Assembly: GCF_032191835.1 (NCBI RefSeq) | Contig: NC_083228.1 | Location: 114,452,001 to 114,516,000, forward strand | Source: Heteronotia binoei | Lineage: Eukaryota | Length of the DNA: 64,000 nucleotides | Direction: 5' to 3' | Part shown: one piece after another, positions 12,577-24,480 of the stretch | Layout: each line of letters begins with the position of its first letter | How positions within the stretch are numbered: position 1 is the stretch's first letter | Notes under the pieces: generated by a model | Told to the model about the DNA's origin: nothing | Database searches by the model: none | The model's input: the letters and a program-made list of their open reading frames with translations, nothing else | Program-made: the position numbers and the translations under genes

Positions 12577-15500
12577 AAATCTTCTGTAAAACTACAGTTT
12601 GCTGAAGTTTTTATCATGTCCAGGAATCTTCTTCTATGGAAGTACTGGCAAGTTCAGAAATATTAGTATGATACAGTTATTAATGTTGTAGAAATAGTAT
12701 AACTGCATCACTGTAGAGTTAGATGTATATTATTATTAGCTGGCTTTTGGAATTGCTGCCTAGGGCTTGCAAAGCATGCTCTCAGCTATCTTATATGTTG
12801 TGATCACAGAAATATAGCATTTATCACATCCCTGAATCCCACCCCCCGCCCCCTTGAATGATAGCCTTTTTGCTTGCAGATATTTTCAGAGAGGTTTGCA
12901 TGTGCTATGATCAAAATGTCAATTGGAGAGGAACTGCATATAGATTCTAGTACGCCCACCCCTGAAAATTCGGTAAACAGCTTAATTTTATGTTTTGCTC
13001 CCAGGACACGAAAGAAGCTGCATCAACTCATGTTGTCATTACACTCTAATTTCCTCTATCATTGCTAGCTTTTCATTATCAGTATGAAATATGTTCTGCT
13101 TTTCTTTTGTTCTTTGTTTACTGATTTACATTTGATATTGGAGTTTCTTTGTGGCTTTTTGACTAATTAGGAGTTGCACATCGGAAGGAACTTCTTTCAG
13201 CTAATTCTGACTGTTGTGTCTCTTTGAGTTATATTGCAAACTCAGGCAGATGCGCTTCCAGGGAGGACTGTCCATCAGTGAAGCAATTTTAATTAATGTT
13301 CTGCTTTTAGTTGGTTAATGAATTGGGGCAATCTAAATATGAATAAAACCAAGAATTAATAATGGAGTTTTGACATCCTTCTGGGATTCCCCCCCCGCCC
13401 CATGTTGCCTCCTGGCTCTAGAATTCAGAGGTTTAGTGCCTCTGAATGTGGAAGTTCTCCTTCACCATGGCTAATAGCCACTGATATAGACCTATCTTCC
13501 TCTCATGTCCAAATACTAACCAGCGCTGACCTGCTTGGCTTCCAAGATCTGATGAGATTGGGCTAGTCTGGGCCAACCAGCTCACAGCAATGGGATTGGA
13601 AGTGGAGGAATCCTTGAATGGTAGCTACTGGACAGCAGCAATAATGGAAGGTGACACCGATGGATGACCTTTCATAGACAACAACAGTGTCACTTCAGCT
13701 AATCCTGGTGGGCACTGTTAAAAAGTAGACAAATGGTAAACCCCTTCTGATCATCTCACAGCTTGAAGAGCCCTATGACAAAACTTTGGATTTTCACAGA
13801 TTGGGGAGTTTAGGAAATGCATCATACCACAAACAACAATAGTACAAAGACATGCTGTTAAAGAGGTCAGTGAACTAAATAAAATTAATGCAGGATCAAT
13901 GTGGTTTAGAAAACACAGAAGAGCAAAGGAAAACTCTCTTTATAATCTGTTGATAGAGAGAAGACTAGAAAATGGAAGAACAATGATCAAGTATTTGGCA
14001 GCCTTGACTAGAATAAAATATTTACTATGCTGAAAGAGATAGGAACAGGCTACGAGGTTGAGAATAATACATAATTTATGCATAAACTGGAAGCTCTAAC
14101 GAGAGTAAACAACACAGAACAAAGGACTAGTGTGTGTCAAGGGTGCTTGCTTGTCCTCTGTACTGTTTAATGTACTTACTGAGAAGGCAATAATTATGAA
14201 ATAGCAGAATTGGGTATGGAAGTAAATTGTGACACTGACCATGCAATTCTAGTAATACTTTCCTGGGAGTAAGCACCACTGAACAGATCTGAGTAGGATT
14301 CTGAGTAGAACTGCTTAAGACTATGCTCTTTCAATGTTACTGAAATCTAAGGCTATTTATTTCAGTGGACCTAGACTGGAGTAATTTGCAGCATGCTTAA
14401 GCAAAACAAACAGAAGTGATCAAAGAGAAGTGCAACATGAGGGCAGGCAGGAAGTTTCAGCAGAACTTTTGAATTTCACTCTGTAGATGCTCAGAGGCAG
14501 GCAAAGCCTTCCTAAACCTTCCTGTCTTCCTGCTAGACCATCACCTTGTGCTAGGTAGCATAAATCAACTGCTTAGATTTATCTACAAAGAGAAATTTAG
14601 ATTTATCTACAAAGAGAAATGAAAGAGAAATTATTTTTTTAAAAGAGAAAAAAGAATAAAAGCTGTTGTCTACATCTAAAGAAGTAAAGTCTGGATAAAA
14701 AAAATCCCCTTCTGCATAAGAATACTAGTAACTTTGCATAGAATTAAACTGTTAATGGTATGTAAACTGCAGAATATAACAACCACAATCCAGCAAAATG
14801 AAAAACACACCATTTCTGTTGATTTCAGTCTAAAAGTGAAATATATGTTTAAATCTTTCCCACCAATATCAAAAGGTCTTGAAAAGTACTTAACATGGGA
14901 AAGATGTAAAGAGATATTTCACTTTCCTACTGGAATCAATGGGATTTACAAGAGCTTAAAATAGTGATGAAGCAGACATTTTATGTGAACAGATACCTGC
15001 TGACAGGAAAAAAAAACATCACTGGCAAAGTAACTTTGTATAAATACATGTGGAGCATTGCTTTGTATGAATGAGAAGCGTGAATGGCAGGTAAAGCAGA
15101 AGAAAAGAAAACTGAAGCATTTGGTGGAAATGTGGTGCTGGAGGAGGATTGTAAAGTGAATCAAAGGAAAAAATTACTGATTATATCCAGCGAGAATCTT
15201 GAGTCCAGTAGAGTTCACACAACAGGACTTTCACGCTTCTTCCTAGAGCTCCTTGTTGTTATCCAAATCAATCTCCATGTCAGGCCTATCATGTGAGGAG
15301 CATCCCCTGCATGTGAAATCATAGAATACAAGTTCTGGAGCAAAAGGGGATCTTTCTATATATATACATGGGTTCAAGTTTTGCACAATAAATCATTGAT
15401 AAAGGAAAATGGAGACAAGCACTTAACTAGCAAGTAACGTCATTGCCCTGTCCAAGATACAGAAAAGAAAATGGGGAAATCAAAACAAAATTACATCACG

Positions 15501-15861
15501 GAGAGCAATTGCAATAATACCAAGGGAATTTATATCATAGTTACATTTGGGAAGAAAAGCATAGCAGGAGAGAGGAAACCATATGCTGTCTGTCTTGAAG
15601 AGGGAGGATGTGCTGATTTCATGCTTGTGGTACAATAAGGTTCTGAAGGGGAAATATCTACAAAGACAGAGGGCTTGAGATGCCTTTCATGTTTTCCTGG
15701 GTGCTGATGAACAAGCTCTGATATTGACCTAGGTTGGTGCAGAACTAGGATCCATGATACACCAATATTTTGGAACTTGGTTTTCTACCAATGGGCTTCT
15801 GTTCACATTCTGATTGAGGTAGCTTTGTGATCTGAAGCTCCATTCATGGGAACCCAGGAAT

Positions 15862-16085
15862 CCAGTCAGTGTAGTATAGGGTTAGGATCTGGGAAATCCA
15901 GGTTCAAATCCTCATTTGTGCTATGGAAGCTGCTGGGTGACTTTGATCCAATCACACAGTCTCTCATCCTAATTTGCTTCACAGGGTTGTTATGAGGATA
16001 ACAGGGTGGAGAGGAGAATGATGTAACCCACCTTGGGTCACCACTGGGGTGAAAGGTGGGATACAAATAAAGTAAAATAAATAGC
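15862..16085 (+). mobile_element. tRNA-derived CORE-type SINE (Squam3-like)
   Basis: Same head, CORE and tail layout as 9858-10082; ends GGGATACAAATAAAGTAAAATAAA. Confidence 0.75.
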
Positions 16086-16612
16086 CATATTTGATGTTCT
16101 CCTAGTTTATTGAGGTAGTTAACTCCTTCCTCTTGAAAGCTCCTAGGGAGACTTTCTGCTTTAACCAAGAAATCCAGCTTTGATAGAAAGCTGGATACAT
16201 TTCCCCACACCTCTGGTATCTGAAGGCCGGAGTATCTTGGCAGTTAAATAACATGGCTCTTGGAGGGGGCTGCCATGTAACACTGTGCCCCCTGAAATGC
16301 TGCCCCCAGGGTTCAGTGATAAAGGTGATGAATAACATGCTGAACACCATCCCTTGGTTTCAAGACAAGGACTGAGCAAGGAACTCTGATTTTCCTTGCT
16401 TTTCCGGAAGTCATTTATGATGACATGGGGCCCATCTGTCGTAATAGCCACTTGGGTCAGGAAGCAATGAGGAGGGGGAGAAATGACTGCTTTCTTCCTG
16501 TTCTGTCACTGGACATCTGCTCCTTCAAGAGCAGCTCTGAGTTGGGAAATATTTGGAGATTTAAAGGTGGATCCAGAGGAAGGTGGGGTTCGGGGAGTGG
16601 AGGGACCTTGAT

Positions 16613-17124
16613 GGGGTATAATACCACGGAGTCCACCTTTCAAAGTGGCCATTTTCTCCAGGTGATCTGATCTTTGTCACCTGGAGATCAGTTGCAATAG
16701 CAGGAGATCTCCAGCTACCACTTGGAAGCTGGCAACCCTACCCAAGAGGCAGGCAAGAGCAATTTTATCCCTTTTCCTCTCTTCTCTGCAGCCTCTTGAC
16801 CAGTGTGGCTAGTCTCTGCAGCCTCTTAAACAGGAATATATTTTCCCAGGGTCACAGGTGGCTTCTAGGGGTATAATACCACAGAGTCCACCTTTCAAAG
16901 TGGCCATTTTCTCCAGGTGATCTGATCTTTGTCACCTGGAGATCAGTTGCAATAGCAGGAGATCTCCAGCTACCACTTGGAAGCTGGCAACCCTACCCAA
17001 GAGGCAGGCAAGAGCAATTTTATCCCTTTTCCTCTCTTCTCTGCAGCCTCTTGACCAGTGTGGCTAGTCTCTGCAGCCTCTTAACCAGGAATACATTTTC
17101 CCAGGGTCACAGGTGGCTTCTAGG
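16613..17124. repeat. Tandem duplication, 2 x 255 bp
   Basis: 16613-16869 and 16868-17124 differ at only 3 positions that I could find. The unit is a MITE end plus flanking sequence. Confidence 0.95.
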
Positions 17125-17910
17125 AAGAGAGAGAGCTAAGAAGATTGGTGACTATCACAGCCTTCTGCTGACTAGTCATGAGATCTAGCTCTGTATGAGG
17201 TTCTGAAATGGCAAGGGGAAGATGGAAAATCACCACCACCACCACTCCTTGATGGTGGAAGTGTGTGTCTGCTAGCAGAAAATGACTATACAGTATAACC
17301 CACTGGACAGGACCAGAGGGTAAAGAGGACTAGCTCACAATGCAAAAGAGAGGCAATGAAACATGATAAAGCATATTCAAAGAGATGACAAAACACCCCA
17401 AATATAATTAAAGTATAATTATATGGAAACTTGAAGAACTGCTGCAGGAATGGCTAAATGTATTTACACGCAACATTTTAAAAAGAGAGAGGATGCTACA
17501 CATACTGTTCACCTAAGCAGAGCTACAGCCTTCTAAGACCACTGAACTCAATATGCACAGAAGGGTGTAACTCTTAGGGAGACACTGGTTGTGTTTGCAA
17601 CAGACCAGTTTACAGGCTATAGCACACAAGATAGCTGTTAGTGAAGTTCATCATTAAGAGCTTTCCATCACTGAATTTTGGCAATAAAACTAATCTTCCT
17701 TTTATTTTCTGTACCCCACCCTTCCTTAGAGCTGGAGGGTCTTGTTTCCACTTCCCATGCTTTTCAGAGAGTACTGCTTCTCTAGCCCTTAGATGCAGAC
17801 TAGAAAACATTCTCTTTTACAGCCGGTAAGCCAGGGATTGATTTGCTCCAGTTCCTCTCTGAATAAAGCATGAGGTTGGGTTGAATGTAAAGAGGATTGT
17901 GATCTCTCTA

Positions 17911-18364
17911 GGGTTGCCAACCCACCAATTTGCCAGCCCTCCTCCCACTTCAGAATTATCAGAAAGTGTGTGTGTGTGGGGTCTACTGGCACTCCATTAT
18001 GTCCTATGGAGACTGATTTCCATAGGGTATAATGAAGAATTGATCTGTGGGTATCCGGGGCTCTGGGGAGCTGTTTTTTGAGGTAGAGACACCAAATTTT
18101 CAGCATATCATACAGTGCCTCTCCTCAAAACACTCCCCAAGTTTCAAAAAAGATTGGACCAGGGGGTCCAGTTCTATGAGTCCCAAAAGAAGCTGTCCCT
18201 ATCCTTCATTATTTCTAAATAGAGGAAAGTCATTAAAAGGTGTATGATCTCTTCAAATGTGATTGCCAGAACTTCCTTTGGAGTTCCATCATGCTTGTCA
18301 CAATCTTGCTCCTTGCTCCACCCCCAAAGTCCCCAGATATTTCTTGAGTCAGACCTGGCAACCC
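17911..18364. mobile_element. GGGTTGCC-TIR MITE
   Basis: TIRs GGGTTGCCA / TGGCAACCC; body shared with 21156, 44862, 60905 and 63480. Confidence 0.8.
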
Positions 18365-21024
18365 TGCTTCTCCCTTGTGATGCAGCAATTGACTTCCACC
18401 CTCCCTAGAATGTCATGGGATTACCAAATTGCCATTTGGAGCCAAGTAGGAATTTTGGGGACTTCTTCCTGGATTGGCCATTAGGTGGAGGCTTTTTTTG
18501 TGATATTCAGATTGATGGTGCTAGGAGCTTAACTAGGTCTACTCTTTTGACTGTTTAGGCCAGAACTAGTTTGGCAGGGATAGAGCAGGTTGCTCATGAT
18601 AGGTGGAGACCAGTGGCAAGCACACTAAGCCATTGACCATGATGGAGGGTATGTCCTGAACCAACCATCCCTGGCTTTACAGCAGAATGGGGCTTGTGAA
18701 ACAGCACCTTTGGTGCTGAGCAACATCTTACTGAACCTGGTAGTGGCTGGGGTGAGGGGTGCATTCAGTATAAACTAAAGCAAGTAAATACCCCCCAAAA
18801 TTATTTATCAGTATTTTCGGGTATTTATTCAGCTGAATGCAGATTAGACAATTTGATTCAGCTACTGATATAGCTGGCCTGAATAAAAGCCAATAGCATT
18901 GGGTTTCTATTTGGTCAGCTGGCCCAAATAAAAGCCAATATTATTTGACTTTTGTTATCGCCAAAGTTGCGCCACAACAGTGTGGCTTAGAGAAGGGATT
19001 TGCTTGTGGAAGGGAAGGCATTTTAAAATGCCTTCCTTTCATCGCCAGCATCCCTCCACAAGTAAAGGCCCTGCCTTTCACTTGTGGAGGCATGTCACTG
19101 AGGAAGCGTGACTATGAGGAAGTGTGACTCTGGAGAGGAGAGTAAAGGGAAGGCATTTTTAAAAGCTGAATAAATTCAGGTTTCCTGATTACTTACCTGA
19201 ATCCCAATGTTATACTGATGTCAAGAAATAATGACATTTTTCAGGTCCAATGCACTCATTTAAAACAAACAAACAAACAAACAAATGTGCATGCCCCTAG
19301 TTGTAGTTTTAAGGCACATCAGAAAAAGGGGCTGGGCACTTCTCAGCATAGTATGAGTAGGCAATGACAAACAAGGCTGGCAGTGGCAGCTGGCTGAATT
19401 TGGAGCCAGGGTGGCTTGGCCAGAAGATGGCCGCCATGTATAGGCTGCCTAGCACAGCCCACCCTCAATTAAATATTAGCATAACTAATTGATGACATAG
19501 ATCAGCTAATTTAAATAAACTAGTTAAACCCATACTGTGGTCACATGTCTTTAACTGGGGTAGTGGGGCAATTTCTTCTCTATCATAAAGACATACATTT
19601 TCCATTTTATCTTATCATACTGGTGAAAGGGAAAGAAATGCCTCTTCTACTATTTCCTGTTTATGTATAACTTACATTCAGAGAAATATGTGCCGTTCTG
19701 TAAGGAAACAAATTTCACCTATCATATAGTTGAATATTGCATTCTCACAAGTACCCAGATGTGGAAATATTAGCGCAGTGGGGAATGACATATATGATGA
19801 CTTGGGCAAAAAGACTGAAAATAAATGACCTTTAGAGTAATTCATTGGATGTACAAACTTAACTTGCCCAGTACTATTTGCTTCCCGAGGTCAAAGAAAA
19901 CCAAAGATCTTTCATTGTCTTACTACTTAAGACTCTGTTTACTGGAAGTGTCAGGATTTGAACCTGGTACTTTCTGCACACAATGCATGTGGTCTAACAC
20001 TGAGCCAAGCATGACTGTGTTCATAAATAGCAATGTGGCACTGGTGGTAATAGATGCTTTGAAAATGGGAAATCCTGTTGTAGTTCGATCTCACAGTTGA
20101 TTTTTAAAGGGAAGTTCTTTCTGGACACAGAGACCAACTTATCAATAAAAAATAGTGACTTTTACTGCATTGCTTTTCTCACCCGGAGAGGTTGGTAAAG
20201 AAGCTGTGCTGGGAACTCAAGGGGCTTTTCCTCTTCTTCTTTGTTAGCTATAAAATGCGGTGAAATGTTTCATTGCAAATTACTACCATGGCCTAATTAG
20301 CCCTGGCCTGACAACCAGGCATTCTGACACTATAGAAAGCGAGCATTAATTTTGCTATAATGAAAAACTTTTATAACTAGGTATAAAAATACAGCTTTAA
20401 ATGACATCTTTGTTTTAGCAATTTTTAAGAGCAATGTGCTAGCATTAATAATTTAAAATTAACTCACTTTGCTGAAACTATTTAGTAGAACCATTGGGTG
20501 CTTTGTGGAATCGGTTCAACATGGGAAATTTCTGCTAATTGGGTCACACGAAGTTACTTTGTAGTCAAGCCACCCTGGTCTGTTTCAGTTAATATTATTT
20601 TCTTTGTTTGGTAATGGCTCTCCAAGGTCTTAGACAGTGGTCTTTTGCATCACCTGCTACCTGATCCTTTTAATTGGTGTTGCTGGGAATCTTCTGCATG
20701 TGAAGCAAATGCTCTCTTATTAAGATGCACTGAGGTCATTAATTCTAAGCTTGGTAGAACAGAGCTATCTTTGAGTAAAACCAGGGCCAACAGAATGAAG
20801 ATGCATATTCTTGGAGTATATTTGACCACCACCAATCATATGGAGCTCAGCTCAGAACCCAGTTGATGCGCACAAACATTGTACATCACTATACCCGGTA
20901 ACCAGATACGTGGGAGACCTACATTGATTAAAACTGTGCCTTTAGTGATGATTCACTGAGCTCCATATTCTCAGTTTGATGTTTCTGGTTTCCCCCCCTC
21001 CCCAAGGCAAAAAATGTTCAGAGG

Positions 21025-21665
21025 TGGTTTGCTCCATTGCCTGACTCTGCACTGCAACCCTGTAATTCCTTGGTATTTGGAATCCCATCCAAATACTAAC
21101 CAGGACCAACCCTGATTAGCTTCCAAGATCTGATGAGATTGGGCTAGCCCAGATAGGGTTGCCAGTCCCCAGTTGGGGCAGTGGATCCCCTGGTTTTGAG
21201 GTCCTCCCCCTGCTTCAGGGTTACCAAAAAGTGTTGGGAGGGGGGAGTGTCCACTGAACACTCCATTATACTCTATGGAGACCAGTCCCCATAAGGTATA
21301 ATGGAAAATCAATTTGTGAGTAGCAGGGGCTCTGGGTGGGTTTTTTTTTTTGAGATAGAGGCATCATATTTTCAGCATAGCATCTGGTGCCTCGCCTCCA
21401 ATCTCTCCCCCCCCCCGCCAAGTTTCAAAAAGGTTGGGCCAGGTGGTCCAGTTTTAAGAGTCGCAAAAGAAGGTGCCCCGATCCTCCATTATTTCCAAGG
21501 GCAAGATGGCATTTCAAAGGAATGTGATGGCCAGAACTCCCTTCAGAGTTGAAAACACGCTTGTCACAACCTTGCTCCTGGCTCCACCCCCAAAGTCTCC
21601 CCAAAGTCCCTCCCCAGATATTTCCTGATTAAGCCCTGGCAACCCTAGCTATCCAGGTCAGGTTT
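21025..21665 (-). mobile_element. 5S-derived SINE split by a MITE insertion
   Basis: 5S-like CCCATCCAAATACTAACC..TTAGCTTCCAAGATCTGATGAGAT at 21085-21140; the head resumes (GCTATCCAGGTCAGG) after 21647. Confidence 0.7.
21156..21645. mobile_element. GGGTTGCC-TIR MITE nested in a 5S SINE
   Basis: TA|GGGTTGCCAG ... CTGGCAACCC|TA. Confidence 0.8.
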
Positions 21666-23465
21666 CTCTTACACTCAGAAGTCATTCACTGTATTTTGGA
21701 GTTGTCGGTACCTTTTTCTGAAGCCTTGTTTGCCCAAAAGTACTTGTGCTGATGATTTTAAACGCTGTCAGTGTTTTCATTATGGTGTAAGTACCTAGCA
21801 CTCTGATCAGATCTATATATTAAGAAACACATTAGTCTCAGTAGGTTTATTCTGTTCCAGGATGATTAAAGAAACTGTGATTCATGACTATATTAGACCC
21901 AAATTAGACAGACTAACACGGATGTGAGGTATGTGTTTAGCTTCTAAAAGGAGAAGAGGCAATTACAGATCTCAGTATTCATTTAATTTTTTTTCCTCCC
22001 AAAGCATGAAGATTTGATTGCTGTAGTGCAGTATTTTCTGAGATGTAAGATATTAATTAGAAGAAAAGACAAGATTCTGTTCAGAGCATCAATTTACAGC
22101 AGGGGTCAGCAACTTTGTAATAATTAAAGCCCCAAACTGTGTTAAAATGCAGAGCAAGTGATCAACAAAGCCAGATCTTATTTGCATAACTGAAAATTTA
22201 CAGCTTAACATTACTGATTGATAATTAACATGTTGATTCATAATCCATAAAACCTCTGCAGCCCAAACACTGGTTGTTGTGAGTCCATTATTAGGAAATG
22301 GCACCAGCAAGGTCTCACAATAAATAACAACACATTGAAGCACCCAGCACAATAGTTTTAGTGTGCTGCCATAAATCTGCACATTTTTTGCCCTTGGAAT
22401 ACTGACAGCACTTCACCTCTGTCATTTATTTTTTTTAAATGATGTCTATGAAGCTCTTTAGTTCCATAAGTCCTCCCCCTCCATTCCCTTCACATACTGG
22501 TTGTTTTAGCATCCCACCTTCCCTTCCAATATATCTTAACTTAAAATGCTTCTGTTCTTTTCCAGTCAGTCATATTTGGTTCTTTACTGTGCCACAATTG
22601 GCTGAAAAGCCCTGTGGTAGAGGTCAGTTAGACTGGAATGTATGGGGCAAGATTTATGAGCTTAAGCTACAGTTTCTAGATCAGAATTTTCACAGAAATC
22701 TGGTACTAGGTTATGCTGAAATAAGTGATATCAGGCAAATTAGTTTGTAGGGAGAGCAGAAGAGTATGAAAGATGACATGTTGTTTGAGAGGGGATGATA
22801 TCCATGGACTCTGACTCTCTCCTACCACCTAGGAGTTCTTCAGTCTAGAAAAGAGATAGGAAAGCCTTCAGGCTTGAAAGATGTACTTTATTTGTGAGAT
22901 CTTTCAGGTCTTCTGGTTGGAGTCAGATTCAAAACGGCTTCTTCTAAGAAAGTGGAATCACAATTGCTTACACTACGCTGGGCCATCTACCCATAGAAGT
23001 AGAAATTCGAATCAGGGATTCTATTATCAGATCCCAGCAAGGCCTGTCACAGCCAGCCAATTCTTACTAACTTTTTACAGATGAGGAACACCAAGGCAAA
23101 GAAAGGAGTGAACATTCCTTCTTCTTTGCAGTTTTGAAACAGCAAATTGTATTAGCAGCCTTATTTGTAATTTTAGTAGCTACACATGCTGGTACAGTAG
23201 CCAAGCAGATTGTGCTAACCCTCATATGGGTGCAACTTTCCAGACACATGAATTGCAAGGTTGGGTGGGCTCACATCCTGAGAGCTGTGCGTAAGCCAAG
23301 GAGTAATTTGGCAACAAGGACTTCTTGTAGTTCTTGATTGGGAGCTTTGGAAGGTCTACTACAGTCCAACCTAACATCATGATTCTTTGTGCTCACCTGT
23401 GCCCTGGAACCCTGAACTGCACACCACCTCTTTCAGTTTCATACTTTGTGGAGGAAGAACAAATA

Positions 23466-24480
23466 TCACAATAAGAACATAAGAAAAGCCACATTGGATC
23501 AGGGCAATGGTCCATCCAGTCCAACACTTGGTGTCACACAGTGGCCCAAACCATGTGCCATCAAGAGGTCCACCAGTGGGGTCTCCCACTGTTTCTCCCC
23601 AAGCACCAAAAGCATCACTATGCCAGACATAGTGTTCCATCTAACAGCCACTAATGGGCCTCTGCTCCATATGTTTATTTAATACCCTCTTGAAGCTATG
23701 TGTTTAGCTGCCACCACTTCTTGCAGCAGTGAATTCCACATGTTAATTCTTCTTGGGGTAAAGAAGTACTTCCCTTTATCTGTTCTAAGCCTACTGCTCA
23801 TTAATTTCATTGGGTGATGCTGATTCTTCCTCAATAGCTTTTATTCATCAATGTGCCTACTAATTCTATCTTTAATAATGTGCCTAATAATTCTATCTTT
23901 AATAATGGATTACCCTGTATCAGCATTAGACTGACCAGTCTGTAATTTCCTGTATCTTCTCTGGAACCTTTTTAAAAGATGGGGGTTACATTAGCTATAT
24001 TCTTCAAGAATGGAGATAAATTTTAATGAGAGAGTGCATATTTTTGTCAGGAGGTCCAGAAGTTCACATTAGAGAGCTTTCAGAACTCTTGGATATATGC
24101 CACCTGGGCCTGGTGATTTGTTAGTTTTTAATTTGTCCATCAGTTGTAGGATCTCCTCTCACCACCTCAATCTGACTCAGGTCTTTCAATATCCCTCCCC
24201 AAATCAGCTGTTCTGGAATGGGCCAGCACCTCCCATCTCCAACAGTGAGCACAGAGGCAAAAAACGCATTCAGCTTCTCTGCCATTTCCCTATCATCCTT
24301 TAATAATCCTTTTACCCCTTGGTCATCCAACGGGCCCACTGCCTCCTTGTTTGTTTTTTTGCTACTAATGTATTTGAAGAAATTTTTATTGTTCGTCTTT
24401 ATTTTTGCAGTATGTTCCTCATAGTACCTTTTTACCTGTTTGATCACTGACTTGCGTTTCATTTGCCACAGCCTGTGCTC
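23466..24480 (-). mobile_element. CR1 LINE fragment with internal deletion
   Basis: Minus-strand translation gives KTNNKNFFKYISSKKTNKEAVGPL..EMAEKLNAFFASV and a GNYRxVSL-like motif (~23940), then jumps at ~23820 to the 3' end with an (ATGTTCTT)n-type tail. Confidence 0.9.
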
